A DNA stretch of 64,000 nt from Acidobacteriota bacterium (GCA_965217775.1 CBDCJH010000002.1:2944001-3008000), one strand, 5' to 3'. Numbered from the stretch's first letter, positions 20,088-30,848 are shown. A program made the numbers and translations. Notes: generated from the sequence alone by a model not told the origin.

Positions 20088-20864
20088 ATGCGGACCATCT
20101 TCTACCACCAGCTCTACTGGGCCATCACTGAATTCCCTTTTTACAAGACGATTCTGGCGCAGCCTCTCCGGCAGACTCTGCTCTATCTGTTGTATCTCTG
20201 CGCCCACGCTTCCCTGATCGTGACTCTGGCCAACGCATTTCACTTCGGGCCGGAATTCCGGGAATTCGGCATTTGGCTTCAGGAAAACGTCCCGCCGATG
20301 CAGGTGAGCGAGGGCCGGCTCCGAATCGAGGCCGACCAACCGCTGATCCAGACCTACGCGGGCCGCCACCCCGTCACCCTGATCTTCGACACCACCGGCA
20401 AGCGGCACGATCTGGCGCGTTTTCCGGAGCCCCTCCTTCTATTCACCCAGGACGCCCTTGTCCTGCGCCAGAACCAGACTCCGGAAACCTTTCCCTGGAG
20501 AGATTTCGGCTCGTTTCAAGTCACTCCGGAACAAATCCGGGACTGGCTCGAGCTCATAAAATGGGCCTACTTCCCCACCGCGTATTCGCTGGTTCTGGTC
20601 TTAACCTTCGCCTTCAAGCTGGTTTTGGCCTTGCTCTTTACGCTGCTTGCGCTCTCGGTGACGAGCCGTTACCAGGTGAGGTTCCCATTCCCCGCCTACC
20701 TGGCCATCGCCATCTACAGTCTGACGCCCGCCGTGGCGATTGAAACGGCGGTGACCCTGACCGGTCTGTCCATCCCCTACCTGGAAATGATCTCTCTGGC
20801 AACCACGGGCATCTACACCTATATGGCGACAAGCAGAATCATGCTGGAGAAGACGGCCCGTTGA
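20088..20864 (+). CDS. Membrane protein (DUF1189-like)
   Basis: N-terminal TM, extracytoplasmic loop, three C-terminal TMs with IAIYSLTPAV. Confidence 0.65.
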   Translation: MRTIFYHQLYWAITEFPFYKTILAQPLRQTLLYLLYLCAHASLIVTLANAFHFGPEFREFGIWLQENVPPMQVSEGRLRIEADQPLIQTYAGRHPVTLIFDTTGKRHDLARFPEPLLLFTQDALVLRQNQTPETFPWRDFGSFQVTPEQIRDWLELIKWAYFPTAYSLVLVLTFAFKLVLALLFTLLALSVTSRYQVRFPFPAYLAIAIYSLTPAVAIETAVTLTGLSIPYLEMISLATTGIYTYMATSRIMLEKTAR

Positions 20865-21793
20865 AGGACCGGATACGGCCTTTCTCCGTTTGGAGCTCCA
20901 TCCTCTTGGGGTCCGCCCTGATCCTCGCCCCCTCCTGGACGGCCGGCGGACAGCAGCGCCCGTCCTTTCGGGCCAAGGTCGACGTCGTGGACGTTTCCTG
21001 CATCGTCCGGGACCGGCGGGGCCGATACCTGGAGGACCTGACCCGCCACGACTTCCAGGTCTACGAGGACGGAGTCCGCCAAGAGCTTCTCTTCTTCCAT
21101 CGGGAGAAGGCCCGGACGGCACGGTCCCTATCGGTCGCGCTGGTCATGGATTCCAGTGCCAGCGTCAGGGACAAGTTGGCATTCGAGCAGAAGGCCGCCA
21201 TCGAGTTCTTCGGCGAGACCCTGACCCGGGAGGGGGAGGCGGGAGCGGTGGTCCAGTTCGACAGCGATGTCCGGCTCCTCCACGATTTCAGCACCGATCC
21301 GTCGAAGCTGGCGGAAGCCATCATGGAGGTCCGGGCCGAAGGCGCCACCAGGCTCTACGATGCCATCTGGGTGACGGTGAGGGATCTGTTGCGGCACCAG
21401 GCCGGGCGACGAGTCCTGGTGGTGCTCTCGGACGGCGCCGATACCCGGAGCTCCGTGTCGTGGGAACGGGCGATCCGGACGGCCCAATCCCACGACGTGG
21501 TGATCTACGGAATCGGCGTGAAGAGTTCCGGATTCGACGCGGATTTCGAGAAGTTGAAGGGCTTTGCCCGATCCACCGGGGGCCGTTTCGTCAACTCCAA
21601 GGCCAACCTGAAACGCCTCCGCCAAGCCTTCAACGGCATCCGCCGGGACTTGGGGCATCAGTACAGCCTGGGCTATGTTTCCTCCAACTCCAAGGCCGAC
21701 GGATCATTCCGTAAGATCCGGGTCGCGCTGGCGCGGTCCGGGTTGAAAGTCAGACACCGTGAGGGGTATTATGCGGCGGAACCGAATCCATGA
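20861..21793 (+). CDS. Acidobacterial VWFA-related domain protein
   Basis: PSFRAKVDVV, DLTRHDFQVYEDG, MIDAS DSSAS, TRLYDAI, LSDGADT, QYSLGY, VRHREGYYA. Confidence 0.88.
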   Translation: MKDRIRPFSVWSSILLGSALILAPSWTAGGQQRPSFRAKVDVVDVSCIVRDRRGRYLEDLTRHDFQVYEDGVRQELLFFHREKARTARSLSVALVMDSSASVRDKLAFEQKAAIEFFGETLTREGEAGAVVQFDSDVRLLHDFSTDPSKLAEAIMEVRAEGATRLYDAIWVTVRDLLRHQAGRRVLVVLSDGADTRSSVSWERAIRTAQSHDVVIYGIGVKSSGFDADFEKLKGFARSTGGRFVNSKANLKRLRQAFNGIRRDLGHQYSLGYVSSNSKADGSFRKIRVALARSGLKVRHREGYYAAEPNP

Positions 21794-21990
21794 GCCACAA
21801 CACCTCGGGCCCGGAAGCCGCTTTACCTCTTCAACTCCAACTCTGCATCCTCGAAGCCGAGTTGGAGAATATCCAAAGTGACCTGGACCGTCTCGAGATC
21901 CGCCGGGACGAGCTCCTGCAGCAGATTCGCCACTATCGGACCGAGCTGACGCAAGTTCAGGGCCGGACCCTTCTTCGCCGCGTCAAGTGA
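21790..21990 (+). CDS. Small coiled-coil hypothetical protein
   Basis: ATGA overlap with the VWA gene; heptad Leu pattern. Confidence 0.55.
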   Translation: MSHNTSGPEAALPLQLQLCILEAELENIQSDLDRLEIRRDELLQQIRHYRTELTQVQGRTLLRRVK

Positions 21991-22090
21991 CGCGCCTTCC
22001 CAAGAATTCTCCGACTACGGATCAAGTGGACAAGGACAGGGTCTTTTTCGCCGCGCACGCCACCGGGTAGGGAAAGCAGCGGGCGCGTCG

Positions 22091-22876
22091 CTATTTGGAC
22101 TTGCGTGAATTGAGCCAGTCCAGGTAGTGGACGATGGCTCCCAGTTCGCCTTCGCTGTACTCGGCGGCGACGGTCCGATGTTCCCATCCCTCATCCCGGG
22201 CCAGAGACTCGATATCCCCCGACAGGAGCGTGCGCAAGACCGGGGGAATCGTCGTGAGGTCATAGAGCTGGACCCGATCTTCCTCCTGCGCGACTTGCAG
22301 AGCGGCGAAACTCCGGCCGTCCCTGAGCTTGGCGTTCAGGACGTGATGGGAACGCCGGCTCCGGGTCTTTCCCACCAGCTTGGCGCGCAGTCCATCCCCC
22401 AGAGCCAGCAGGTCGGGACCGATGGGAATGCCTCGACCGCCGGCCTCGTGACAGGTCGCGCAACGGGCCTCCCGCGTCGCGTCGAAGAACAAGTCCCGCC
22501 CTTGGGACGCCTCCTCCGGCCCTTCGAATCCCACATAGGCAGCCGGGCCCGTTCCGGGAGGCATTTCATCGTCCGGCGGCGGGTCGCGAGAGTCCAGGGC
22601 CAGACTCCACACGTACTCCACCACTGCCGACAGGTCCGTCTCATTCAACTTCCCTTCCCAGCCCGGCATGGCCGAACGGGGGATCCCGTCGCGAGTGGCT
22701 TCCAGAATTCGATCGCGGCTGAGTCCCGTGCCTCGAAGCCGAGGCCCCCGGCCGGCCGTCCCGGCGGAGCCATGGCAGTATCCGGTGGCGCAACTCTGAG
22801 CGAACACCACTTCGCCCCGAGAGACCAAGTCCGGATCAGGGGAACTCTGCGCCAGTACCAGGAGTAACCAGATCAT
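22091..22876 (-). CDS. Diheme c-type cytochrome / putative heme-binding domain protein
   Basis: CATGYCH (CX4CH) with GPRL and AMPGW; second motif CATCH with IGPDL. Confidence 0.85.
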   Translation of the reverse strand: MIWLLLVLAQSSPDPDLVSRGEVVFAQSCATGYCHGSAGTAGRGPRLRGTGLSRDRILEATRDGIPRSAMPGWEGKLNETDLSAVVEYVWSLALDSRDPPPDDEMPPGTGPAAYVGFEGPEEASQGRDLFFDATREARCATCHEAGGRGIPIGPDLLALGDGLRAKLVGKTRSRRSHHVLNAKLRDGRSFAALQVAQEEDRVQLYDLTTIPPVLRTLLSGDIESLARDEGWEHRTVAAEYSEGELGAIVHYLDWLNSRKSK

Positions 22877-23013
22877 GGGTCGTGCTCAGGCGGGGATAGC
22901 GATCCGATACTCGTATGTTATTGAAACAAAGTCACTTGGTATCAGAACTCCGGCCATGCGTCCCTCCGACTATCACTCATTTCCAAACTGGGATCTACGG
23001 AATCACCGAAGCC

Positions 23014-23106
23014 GTCTGCGGACCAACCGTACGCGGCAGCCACCGTGTCGTCAAGGGCTTCGTGGGCGTCGCCGAGCCGTTGCTAGCGGCCGTTGCAGAG
23101 GTTCTT
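23014..23106 (-). pseudogene. Relic of the C-terminus of an MmeI/YeeA-type (Type IIL) R-M methyltransferase
   Basis: Manual translation [30 protein letters not shown] resembles the recalled family C-terminal motif TNLYNxRPxWLxxAHxxLDxAVxAAYGW, with an in-frame TAG. Confidence 0.7.
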
Positions 23107-23342
23107 ATGCGAACGGTACGCGAAGTGGCTTCGTGGTAAAATTCCGTCGGGGTCGAGAGCAGAAACGAAGAGGAACGGAGTGGCGAGTTACTGGAGTCAG
23201 GTCCAGCTTACCCCCTTGGGGGGAGGGGCCCCGGATCCCTTGGCCCGCCAGGGAACGACGGACTCCAAAGAGTATGAGTCAACCGGCCTCAACCTGGCGA
23301 GGACTTCAAATCAGGGCAAATCACCTACAGGAGACGACTAAG

Positions 23343-25565
23343 ATGCTTAGACGAACCATCTCTGTAATCGCGATGCTGACGATTGGGATCTCTCCGATCA
23401 TGCCGTTCAGCCTGGCGGTTGCCAAGAACGATGCACCGGACAATGACTATTGGTGGCCGAACCGGCTGAGTCTTGATCCACTGCGCCAAACGTCTCGGGA
23501 ATCCGGTCCCCTCGGTAAAGACTTCGACTATGCGAAGAAGTTCGAAAGTCTCGACCTGCATGCGTTGAAGGCAGATCTCAAGAAGCTGATGACGACTTCC
23601 CAGGACTGGTGGCCGCCGGACTATGGCCACTATGGGCCGTTTTTCATTCGTATGGCCTGGCACAGTGCGGGCACTTATCGAACCATCGACGGACGGGGTG
23701 GCGCTGACGGCGGTCTGCAACGCTTCGCGCCGCTCAACAGTTGGCCCGATAACGCAAACCTGGAAAAAGCGACGCGATTGCTCTGGCCAATCAAGCAGAA
23801 GTACGGCCGCAAGATCTCCTGGGCCGACCTGCTGGTCCTCGCGGGTGACGTCGCCATGGAGTCCATGGGCTTCAAGACCCTGGGTTTCGCGGGTGGTCGT
23901 ATCGATGCCTGGCAAGCCGTAGAAGTGAACTGGGGACCCGAGGGCGAGTGGCTCGCCGCCGACCGGCGCAATGAGAAAGGAAAACTGAATCATCCTTTCG
24001 GCGCTTCGCAGATGGGCCTGATCTACGTGAATCCTCAGGGCCCGGGCGGCAAACCCGATCCGCAGGCGGCCGCTCACGCCATACGTGAGGCTTTCGGCCG
24101 CATGGGGATGAACGATGAAGAGACGGTTGCGCTGATTGCCGGCGGCCATACCTTCGGCAAGGCCCATGGAGCCGCTGATCCGGGCAAGTACGTCGGTGCC
24201 GAGCCGGAGGCCGGCGATATCGAAGCCCAGGGTTTCGGTTGGAAAAACAAGTACGGCGCCGGCAATCGCTCCGACACGATCACCAGCGGCCTGGAAGGGG
24301 CGTGGACGAGTCGTCCAGCGGCCTGGACTCACGAGTTCCTCAAGAACCTGTACGGCTTCGAGTGGGAGCAGACTCGGAGCCCCGGCGGTGCAATCCAGTG
24401 GAAGCCCGCCGGCGGCGCCGCATCGGACTTGGTGCCGGATGCCCACGATCCGTCGAAACGGCATGCGCCGATGATGCTCACCACCGACCTGGCTCTGAAA
24501 GTCGACCCGGCCTATCGCGAGATCACCTCGCGCTGGCTCAAGAACCCGGAAGAGTTCGAAGACGCTTTCGCCCGCGCATGGTTCAAGCTGATTCACCGCG
24601 ACTTGGGACCGAGGTCGCGCTACCTCGGCGATCTGGCGCCGGACCAGGAATTCGTATGGCAGGACCCGATTCCTGAAGTCGATCACACCTTGATCGATGC
24701 CAAGGACGCGGCCGCGCTGAAAGCCAAGATAGTGGACTCCGGGCTGTCTGCCGCTGAATTGGTCAGGGCCGCCTGGGCCTCGGCATCCACATACCGCGGG
24801 ACCGATATGCGCGGCGGCGCCAACGGGGCACGTATTCGTCTGGCGCCGCAGCAGGATTGGGCTGCAAACGATCCGGCTGAACTGGACCGCGTGTTGAAGA
24901 CCCTGGAGGGTATCCGCACAGGTTTCAACAGTGCGCAGTCCGGTGACAAACGGGTCTCTTTGGCGGACTTGGTGATTCTCGGCGGCGCTACCGCCATTGA
25001 GCAGGCGGCTGCGAAAGCCGGAGTCGACGTGGAGGTGCCCTTTGCCCCCGGCCGCACGGACGCCTCACAGGAACAGACCGATTCGGACTCCTTTGCCCTG
25101 CTTGAGCCCACCGCGGATGGATTCCGCAACTACTTCGCCGGCGGTAACCCCCGATCTCCGGTGGAGAGGCTGGTGGAGAAGGCGGCTCTGCTGAACCTCA
25201 CGGCCTCTGAAATGACGGTGCTTGTCGGCGGCATGCGAGCCCTGGACGCCAATTCGGGGGGCTCTGCTCACGGCGTGTTCACAGACCGTCCCGGCACCCT
25301 GAGCAACGACTTCTTTGTCAACCTGATAGACATGTCCACCAAGTGGGCCAAGTCATCCACTGCAGGCCTATATGAAGGTCGCGATCGTGCCACGGGTGAA
25401 CTCAAATGGACGGCGACTCCGGTTGATCTGATCTTCGGTTCCAACTCCGAGTTGCGGGCAGTCGCCGAGCACTACGCGGCTGAGGACGCGAAAGAAGAGT
25501 TCGTCCATGACTTCACCGCGGCATGGACCAAAGTGATGACGCTGGACCGCTTCGATCTTCCTTGA
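23343..25565 (+). CDS. katG: Catalase-peroxidase with N-terminal signal peptide
   Basis: [55 protein letters not shown]. Start ATG 23343 (RBS AGGAG) gives [27 protein letters not shown]. Confidence 0.95.
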   Translation: MLRRTISVIAMLTIGISPIMPFSLAVAKNDAPDNDYWWPNRLSLDPLRQTSRESGPLGKDFDYAKKFESLDLHALKADLKKLMTTSQDWWPPDYGHYGPFFIRMAWHSAGTYRTIDGRGGADGGLQRFAPLNSWPDNANLEKATRLLWPIKQKYGRKISWADLLVLAGDVAMESMGFKTLGFAGGRIDAWQAVEVNWGPEGEWLAADRRNEKGKLNHPFGASQMGLIYVNPQGPGGKPDPQAAAHAIREAFGRMGMNDEETVALIAGGHTFGKAHGAADPGKYVGAEPEAGDIEAQGFGWKNKYGAGNRSDTITSGLEGAWTSRPAAWTHEFLKNLYGFEWEQTRSPGGAIQWKPAGGAASDLVPDAHDPSKRHAPMMLTTDLALKVDPAYREITSRWLKNPEEFEDAFARAWFKLIHRDLGPRSRYLGDLAPDQEFVWQDPIPEVDHTLIDAKDAAALKAKIVDSGLSAAELVRAAWASASTYRGTDMRGGANGARIRLAPQQDWAANDPAELDRVLKTLEGIRTGFNSAQSGDKRVSLADLVILGGATAIEQAAAKAGVDVEVPFAPGRTDASQEQTDSDSFALLEPTADGFRNYFAGGNPRSPVERLVEKAALLNLTASEMTVLVGGMRALDANSGGSAHGVFTDRPGTLSNDFFVNLIDMSTKWAKSSTAGLYEGRDRATGELKWTATPVDLIFGSNSELRAVAEHYAAEDAKEEFVHDFTAAWTKVMTLDRFDLP

Positions 25566-25703
25566 TGGGAGCGGAAAACGCTGCTTGAGAGGCCCCGGTC
25601 CGCCGTTTAGTCTGAGCGCCGGGTCGGGGCCTGAAGAACTTGCGCGTTCACCACGGACTCCTGGTAGCCCGCCGGCAGTGGGCGCGCTCGCAGACCGCAC
25701 TAG

Positions 25704-25862
25704 CAGTCCGTGGTGAAAGTCGCGCGAGCACCGAGACCGTTCCTGCGCCCGCCGGACAAGGCGCTTCGGAGGGAGCATACCGGGAGTATGTGAGCCGATA
25801 GCAACGCAGTCCGCCGGGATGCAGGGACGGTCGAATGCCGTGACGACTTTTGCCACGGGCTG
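25704..25862 (-). mobile_element. MITE copy 3 (opposite orientation), perfect CTAG target duplication
   Basis: CTAG|CAGTCCGTGGTGAAAGT ... ACTTTTGCCACGGGCTG|CTAG. Confidence 0.9.
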
Positions 25863-25892
25863 CTAGGCGAGCCCATTGGTGAGAACTTCGAG

Positions 25893-27557
25893 TTAAGGCA
25901 GGGCGAAGACGAAGAGTGTCGACCCGGCCCGGAAATCCTCCGTCTCGGGCCAGAGCTGGGGCAGAAGACCGGCCACCGCCGACCCCCAGCCGGAAGGGGT
26001 GGCGATATACTGGCGTCCCCCCACCGAGTAGGTGATGGCCGAGCCCCGGTGTCCGGACCCGGTCTGAAAGCTCCACAGCTTCCGTCCAGTCATGGCGTCC
26101 AGAGCGAAGAAGAGTCCCTCCGCGTCACCGCTGAAAATCAGATCCCCGGCCGTAGCCAGTTGTGACGCCAGAAAGGGATATGGGGACCGATAGCTCCAAT
26201 GCTTCTTTCCCGTCAGAGGATCGTAGGCGTCCAGATGACCATGATGGTCGACTTCCGGCGTCGCCTTCAACTTGAAGACGCCTCCGAAAAAGTTCATTCC
26301 CTCCTGAGGCTCCTCTTCCCGGGCCGTCACCTCCTGACACCATTCGATGCCGGTGGTGTAATACCACCCGGTGCGCGGAGAATAGGCGCCCTGGTTCCAC
26401 TGCCTTCCGCCGCCGATGGAAGGGCAGATCAGTTTCGCCTGGTCCAGAACCGGCTCGTTGCGGCCGATCAGTTCACCGTTCGGACCCACGCCTTCGATCC
26501 AGTTCAGGTTATCCACGACCGGCCAGGCTGAGATGAACTCTCCGGTAGCCCGGTCCACCACGTAGGTGTAACCCCCTTTGTTGGTGTTCAGGAGGAGCTT
26601 CCGGTTTCTCCCGTTCACTTTCAAATCCAACAGCACGCACTCGTAGGCCGCGTCCCAGTCCCACACGTCGTGGGGGACCTGCTGGTGGTACCACTTGAGC
26701 TCTCCCGTGTCCGGATCCAGGGCGATGACGGAGTCGGTGTACAGGTTGCTTCCCCGCCGGTCTCCCCCGTAGAAGTCAGCCGCCGGATTTCCCACTCCCC
26801 AGTAGAGGAGGTCCAACTGGGGATCGTAGGAACCGGTCATCCAGGTCGCGCCGCCTCCGTACTTCCAGCTGTCTCCCTCCCAAGTCTCGTGACCCTTCTC
26901 TCCCGGACCGGGGATGGTGTAAAAACGCCACGCCAAGCGTCCCGTAGCCGCGTCGAAGGCGGTCAGGTAGCCCCGGTGAGCCGAATCTCCCCCGGTGACG
27001 CCGACGACCACCTTGTCCTTCACCACCAGCGGCGCCCCGGTGATGTTGCAGCCGCACTGCCTCAGATCCTCGACGTTGACCTTCCACAGCTCGCGCCCCG
27101 TCTTCCGATCCAGGGCCACGACATAGTTGTCAAGAGTTCCCATGAAGACGCGCGGACCCGCCACCGCCACGCCCCGGTTCCAGGGGCTGTAGATGACCCC
27201 GACCTGCCGGGGGTTCTGATAGTAGTAGTGCCAGATCTCCTCTCCGGTCGCGGCGTCGATGGCAAAGACCCGGTTCCAGGAAGAAGTCAGATACATGACT
27301 CCGTCCAGAACGATGGGCGTGGCCTGCAGGCCGCCGTCCACGACCCCGGTCTGGAATGCCCAGACCGGAACCAGTCCCTTCACCGTCTTCTGATTCACCT
27401 GGTCCAGGGTGCTGTAGCGCCAGAATTGGTAGCTCCCCCCATAGTGGGGCCAGTCCGCCCCGGTGGGCCCGTCCTGCCCCCGCACCCATCCGGCCGCGGG
27501 GAGCGCCAGAAGCAGAGCCGGCAGCAGAAAACCGAATCCACGTGTGAATCGAACCAT
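25893..27557 (-). CDS. PQQ-dependent dehydrogenase (methanol/ethanol family beta-propeller)
   Basis: Signal peptide from ATG 27557; DWPHYG, RYSTLDQVN, QATPIV, YDPQLDLLYWGVGNP, PHDVWDWD, ITYSVGGRQYIA. Confidence 0.92.
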   Translation of the reverse strand: MVRFTRGFGFLLPALLLALPAAGWVRGQDGPTGADWPHYGGSYQFWRYSTLDQVNQKTVKGLVPVWAFQTGVVDGGLQATPIVLDGVMYLTSSWNRVFAIDAATGEEIWHYYYQNPRQVGVIYSPWNRGVAVAGPRVFMGTLDNYVVALDRKTGRELWKVNVEDLRQCGCNITGAPLVVKDKVVVGVTGGDSAHRGYLTAFDAATGRLAWRFYTIPGPGEKGHETWEGDSWKYGGGATWMTGSYDPQLDLLYWGVGNPAADFYGGDRRGSNLYTDSVIALDPDTGELKWYHQQVPHDVWDWDAAYECVLLDLKVNGRNRKLLLNTNKGGYTYVVDRATGEFISAWPVVDNLNWIEGVGPNGELIGRNEPVLDQAKLICPSIGGGRQWNQGAYSPRTGWYYTTGIEWCQEVTAREEEPQEGMNFFGGVFKLKATPEVDHHGHLDAYDPLTGKKHWSYRSPYPFLASQLATAGDLIFSGDAEGLFFALDAMTGRKLWSFQTGSGHRGSAITYSVGGRQYIATPSGWGSAVAGLLPQLWPETEDFRAGSTLFVFALP

Positions 27558-27651
27558 GTTCCGGAGTGTACCAGCCCGATCCCCAATGCGCATGAGGGTC
27601 CGGGAAGAGTGTGAGAGACTGGGCCCCCGCCGCCAAGGAGGGCGGGTCTGC

Positions 27652-28407
27652 ATGAAGAATTCGTTACGAGACCGAGTCGCCCTGGTGACCGGAGGGGGCT
27701 CCGGAATTGGTCGAGCCGCCGCTCTGGCCTTCGCCCGGTCAGGAGCCAGGGTCGTCGTCTCCGACGTCGATCCGGAGAAAGGCGCCGAAACTGTCCGGAT
27801 GATGCCGGCATCGTCGACCTTCATCCAAGCCGACGTCTCCGTCACGTCTCAGGTGAAGGACCTGATCCGGCAAGCCGTCGAGCTCCATGGAAAGCTGGAT
27901 TGCGCGTTCAACAATGCGGGCATCGAGGGGGCCATCGCCCGACTCCACGAGTACCCGGATACGGCGTGGGACCGGATCATCCAAGTCAATCTCAAGGGAA
28001 CCTGGCTTTGCATGAAGTACGAGTTGCGGCAAATGCTGAAACTGGGGAAGGGCGCCATCGTCAACACTTCCTCGACCGCCGGACACGTCGGCTCCCGGGG
28101 CCGGATGTCCGCCTATATCGCCAGCAAGCACGGAGTCCTCGGCCTGACCAGGACCGCCGCCGTCGAGTACGGAGCCAAGGGGATCCGGGTCAACGCGCTC
28201 TGTCCGGGAGCTGTCCGGACACCCATGACCGAACGGCTCCTGGGGGCCGACCCCGAACGTGCCGAGCGGATGGCGCAGTTTATTCCCATGGCTCGATTCG
28301 GGACTCCGGACGAGGTTGCGGAAGCGGCCGTATGGCTCTGCAGCGACGCCGCCTCGTATGTCAATGGACTGGCGCTACCCATAGACGGCGGGTATCTGGC
28401 CCATTGA
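27652..28407 (+). CDS. SDR family NAD(P)-dependent oxidoreductase
   Basis: TGGGSGIG, NNAG, YIASK, IRVNALCPG, IDGG. Confidence 0.93.
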   Translation: MKNSLRDRVALVTGGGSGIGRAAALAFARSGARVVVSDVDPEKGAETVRMMPASSTFIQADVSVTSQVKDLIRQAVELHGKLDCAFNNAGIEGAIARLHEYPDTAWDRIIQVNLKGTWLCMKYELRQMLKLGKGAIVNTSSTAGHVGSRGRMSAYIASKHGVLGLTRTAAVEYGAKGIRVNALCPGAVRTPMTERLLGADPERAERMAQFIPMARFGTPDEVAEAAVWLCSDAASYVNGLALPIDGGYLAH

Positions 28408-28424
28408 ACGGGCTGGATGAGACG

Positions 28425-29198
28425 TTACTCACGAGTCGTGGCTGGGGTCAGCTCTCGAATCCGGATGTCCCGCAACAGGATGACGCTGGCGGGATCGTGG
28501 AGTTGAATGCCGATGGGCCCCGATTCGGGACGGCCGGGAATCGGAGTTCCCTCGGTGACCAGATGTCCGTTGAGGCGGACCCGGATCGATCCCCGCCGAA
28601 CCTCGATATCGAACACGTTCCAGTCATCCTCCTTGCGGAAGTCCTCGCGTGCCGACTGGACCATGTAGATGCTACCCGTCGGATCCTGCTCCACGTCCAG
28701 ATTGACGATCTGGACTTCGTAGGCGATCTGGGACGGGGTCCGGGCAAGGTCGGCCTCGGGACCGGACGTGTAGCGCCCCCGGCTCGGATCGTGCAGTGCA
28801 ATGCCGCTGTTGCCGCCCGCGGGAACCTTCCACTCCAGATGGAGGTCGTATTCGTAGAATTCCCGGCGGGTGTAGAGCCAGGCCTGGTTGATGACGACCT
28901 TGAAATCGGTCTTGAACCGGGAGCGGTTCAGACGCCCCTTCAGCCCATTGAGCCAGGGCTCGGGATCGGGCAGATCGAAGGGGTCCCACTGGCCCAGCAG
29001 ATAGCCTTCGGGAGTGGGGTTCCAGAGACCCGACCCGACGGACTCCCACCCCTCCAGATTCTCTCCGTTGAACAGGGCAAACCAATCGCTTGCACGAGTC
29101 TGCGCGGGAGTCAGCAGGAGCCACAACAGGACCCATCCGAATCCGACGCGAATTCCCCGCGCTTTCAGGAGGCGACTGGCTCTATGAATTCGCAACAC
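28425..29198 (-). CDS. DUF1080 / 3-keto-disaccharide hydrolase family protein (start uncertain)
   Basis: LFNGENLEGW, GGNSGI, YEVQI, TGSIY, WNVFDI, GPIGIQLH. Confidence 0.85.
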   Translation of the reverse strand: MLRIHRASRLLKARGIRVGFGWVLLWLLLTPAQTRASDWFALFNGENLEGWESVGSGLWNPTPEGYLLGQWDPFDLPDPEPWLNGLKGRLNRSRFKTDFKVVINQAWLYTRREFYEYDLHLEWKVPAGGNSGIALHDPSRGRYTSGPEADLARTPSQIAYEVQIVNLDVEQDPTGSIYMVQSAREDFRKEDDWNVFDIEVRRGSIRVRLNGHLVTEGTPIPGRPESGPIGIQLHDPASVILLRDIRIRELTPATTRE

Positions 29199-29211
29199 TC
29201 CTGGAGTTTAC

Positions 29212-29234
29212 CAGTCCGTGGTAAAAGTCGTCAC
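29212..29234 (+). mobile_element. Solo MITE end (truncated copy)
   Basis: CAGTCCGTGGTAAAAGTCGTCAC matches the first 23 bp of the MITE; similarity stops there. Confidence 0.7.
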
Positions 29235-29375
29235 AATCCGACACCTCGCCGATTCAGGCCGGCCGCGTCTATCAGACCTTTATGGAATCATGATCTTGAA
29301 TTTACGGATCGCACGCGGAACCAGGATATTCCGATCGGCCGCGGACAGATCATGGCTTGAGGGGAGACTGATCGA

Positions 29376-30848
29376 ATGAAGATCCTCACCGGCACCATCA
29401 GCCACGAAACCAGCACCTTCACTCCCGTTCCCACCACCATGCGGAGCTTCAGCGAGAGATTCGGGGAGCTTCAACCGGACCAGATCATCCCGAAGTTTCG
29501 GGGTGTCAACGTTCCCACCGGCGGGTTCATCGAGGCGGCTGAAGCTCACGGCTTCGAGCTGGTGCCGACCATTTTCGCCGAGGCCCTTCCCAGCAGTCCG
29601 GTCCCCCGGCGAGACCTGGACCGCCTTCTGGACCGGATGTTGGGTCTGATGAAGGCCGCGTCTCCGGCGGACGGGGTCCTGCTGGAGCTCCACGGCTCCA
29701 TGGCGGCCGAAGGCATCGACGACGGCGAGGCCTACATTCTGGCGGCGGTTCGAGATCTGGTGGGCCCCGAGGTTCCCATCGTCGGACAGTTGGACATCCA
29801 CTCCAACGTCTCGCACCGCATGGTCGAGCTGGCCGACGTCCTGATCGGACGAGAAACCTACCCTGAGGTGGACATGGCGGCGCGGGGCCGGGAGTGCGCC
29901 GACGTGATGGTCCGGATCGTCAGGGACGGTCTCCGTCCCACCATGGCCCTGTCCCAGATTCCCATGTTCTGGGGTCTGAACCAGGTGACCGCACACCCGC
30001 CCATGAGCGAAGCCATCGAGCGCCTGCACCGATTGGAGGCCGAACCGGGCGTCGTGGCCGCATCCATCGCCACCTGTTTTGCCTTGGCCGACGCACCCCA
30101 CGTGGGGGCCTCGGTCCACGTGGTCACGGACAACGACCCGGCCTCGGCCCGGCGCCACGCCGACGCACTGGCGGCGTGGATCTACCGGCGCCGGGCCGAT
30201 TGGCAACAGCATCTTCCCTCCACCCGGGAAGCCCTGGCCAAGGCGGAGATGCTGGGCCGGTATCCAGCGGTCTTCGCGGACAAAAACGACAATACGGGCG
30301 GCGGTTCTCCGGGGGACAGCACCGGCATGCTCAGAACCTTTCTGGACTCGGGGCTCAAGGACGCCTGCATCCTTTACATCGTGGATCACGAATCCGCGCT
30401 GGCCTGCCATCGCGCCGGTGTCGGCGCCACCGTATCGCTCCAGGTCGGTGGCAAATCGACCCCCAGCCAGGGACCGACGGTTCCCGTGGAGGCCGTGGTG
30501 GAAGCCGTCTCCCATGGAGATTTCGCCTACAACGGTCCCATGTACTCCGGCCTCCGGGGCAATATGGGAGTCTCGGCCCGGATCCGAGTCGACGGCGTCC
30601 ACATCCTGCTGGTCAGTGTCCGGGAGCAGCCCTTCGACACCGCCTTTTCGCGCACTCTGGGGCTCGATCCCAAGAAAATGAGATACATCGGGTTGAAATC
30701 AGCGGCGCACTTCCGCGCCGGCTACGAGGAGTGGGCCGGTCAGATCCAGGTCGTATCGGAGCCGGGGGTGCACAGTCCGGATGCTATCCATTACAAGCGG
30801 CTGGGGCGCCGAGTCTACCCACTCGGAGGAGTGAGGCGAGACACGTAG
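29376..30848 (+). CDS. M81 family metallopeptidase (MlrC-like)
   Basis: SHETSTFTP, LHGSM, LDIHSN, TYPEVD, DNTGGGSPGD, KSAAHFRA. Confidence 0.9.
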   Translation: MKILTGTISHETSTFTPVPTTMRSFSERFGELQPDQIIPKFRGVNVPTGGFIEAAEAHGFELVPTIFAEALPSSPVPRRDLDRLLDRMLGLMKAASPADGVLLELHGSMAAEGIDDGEAYILAAVRDLVGPEVPIVGQLDIHSNVSHRMVELADVLIGRETYPEVDMAARGRECADVMVRIVRDGLRPTMALSQIPMFWGLNQVTAHPPMSEAIERLHRLEAEPGVVAASIATCFALADAPHVGASVHVVTDNDPASARRHADALAAWIYRRRADWQQHLPSTREALAKAEMLGRYPAVFADKNDNTGGGSPGDSTGMLRTFLDSGLKDACILYIVDHESALACHRAGVGATVSLQVGGKSTPSQGPTVPVEAVVEAVSHGDFAYNGPMYSGLRGNMGVSARIRVDGVHILLVSVREQPFDTAFSRTLGLDPKKMRYIGLKSAAHFRAGYEEWAGQIQVVSEPGVHSPDAIHYKRLGRRVYPLGGVRRDT

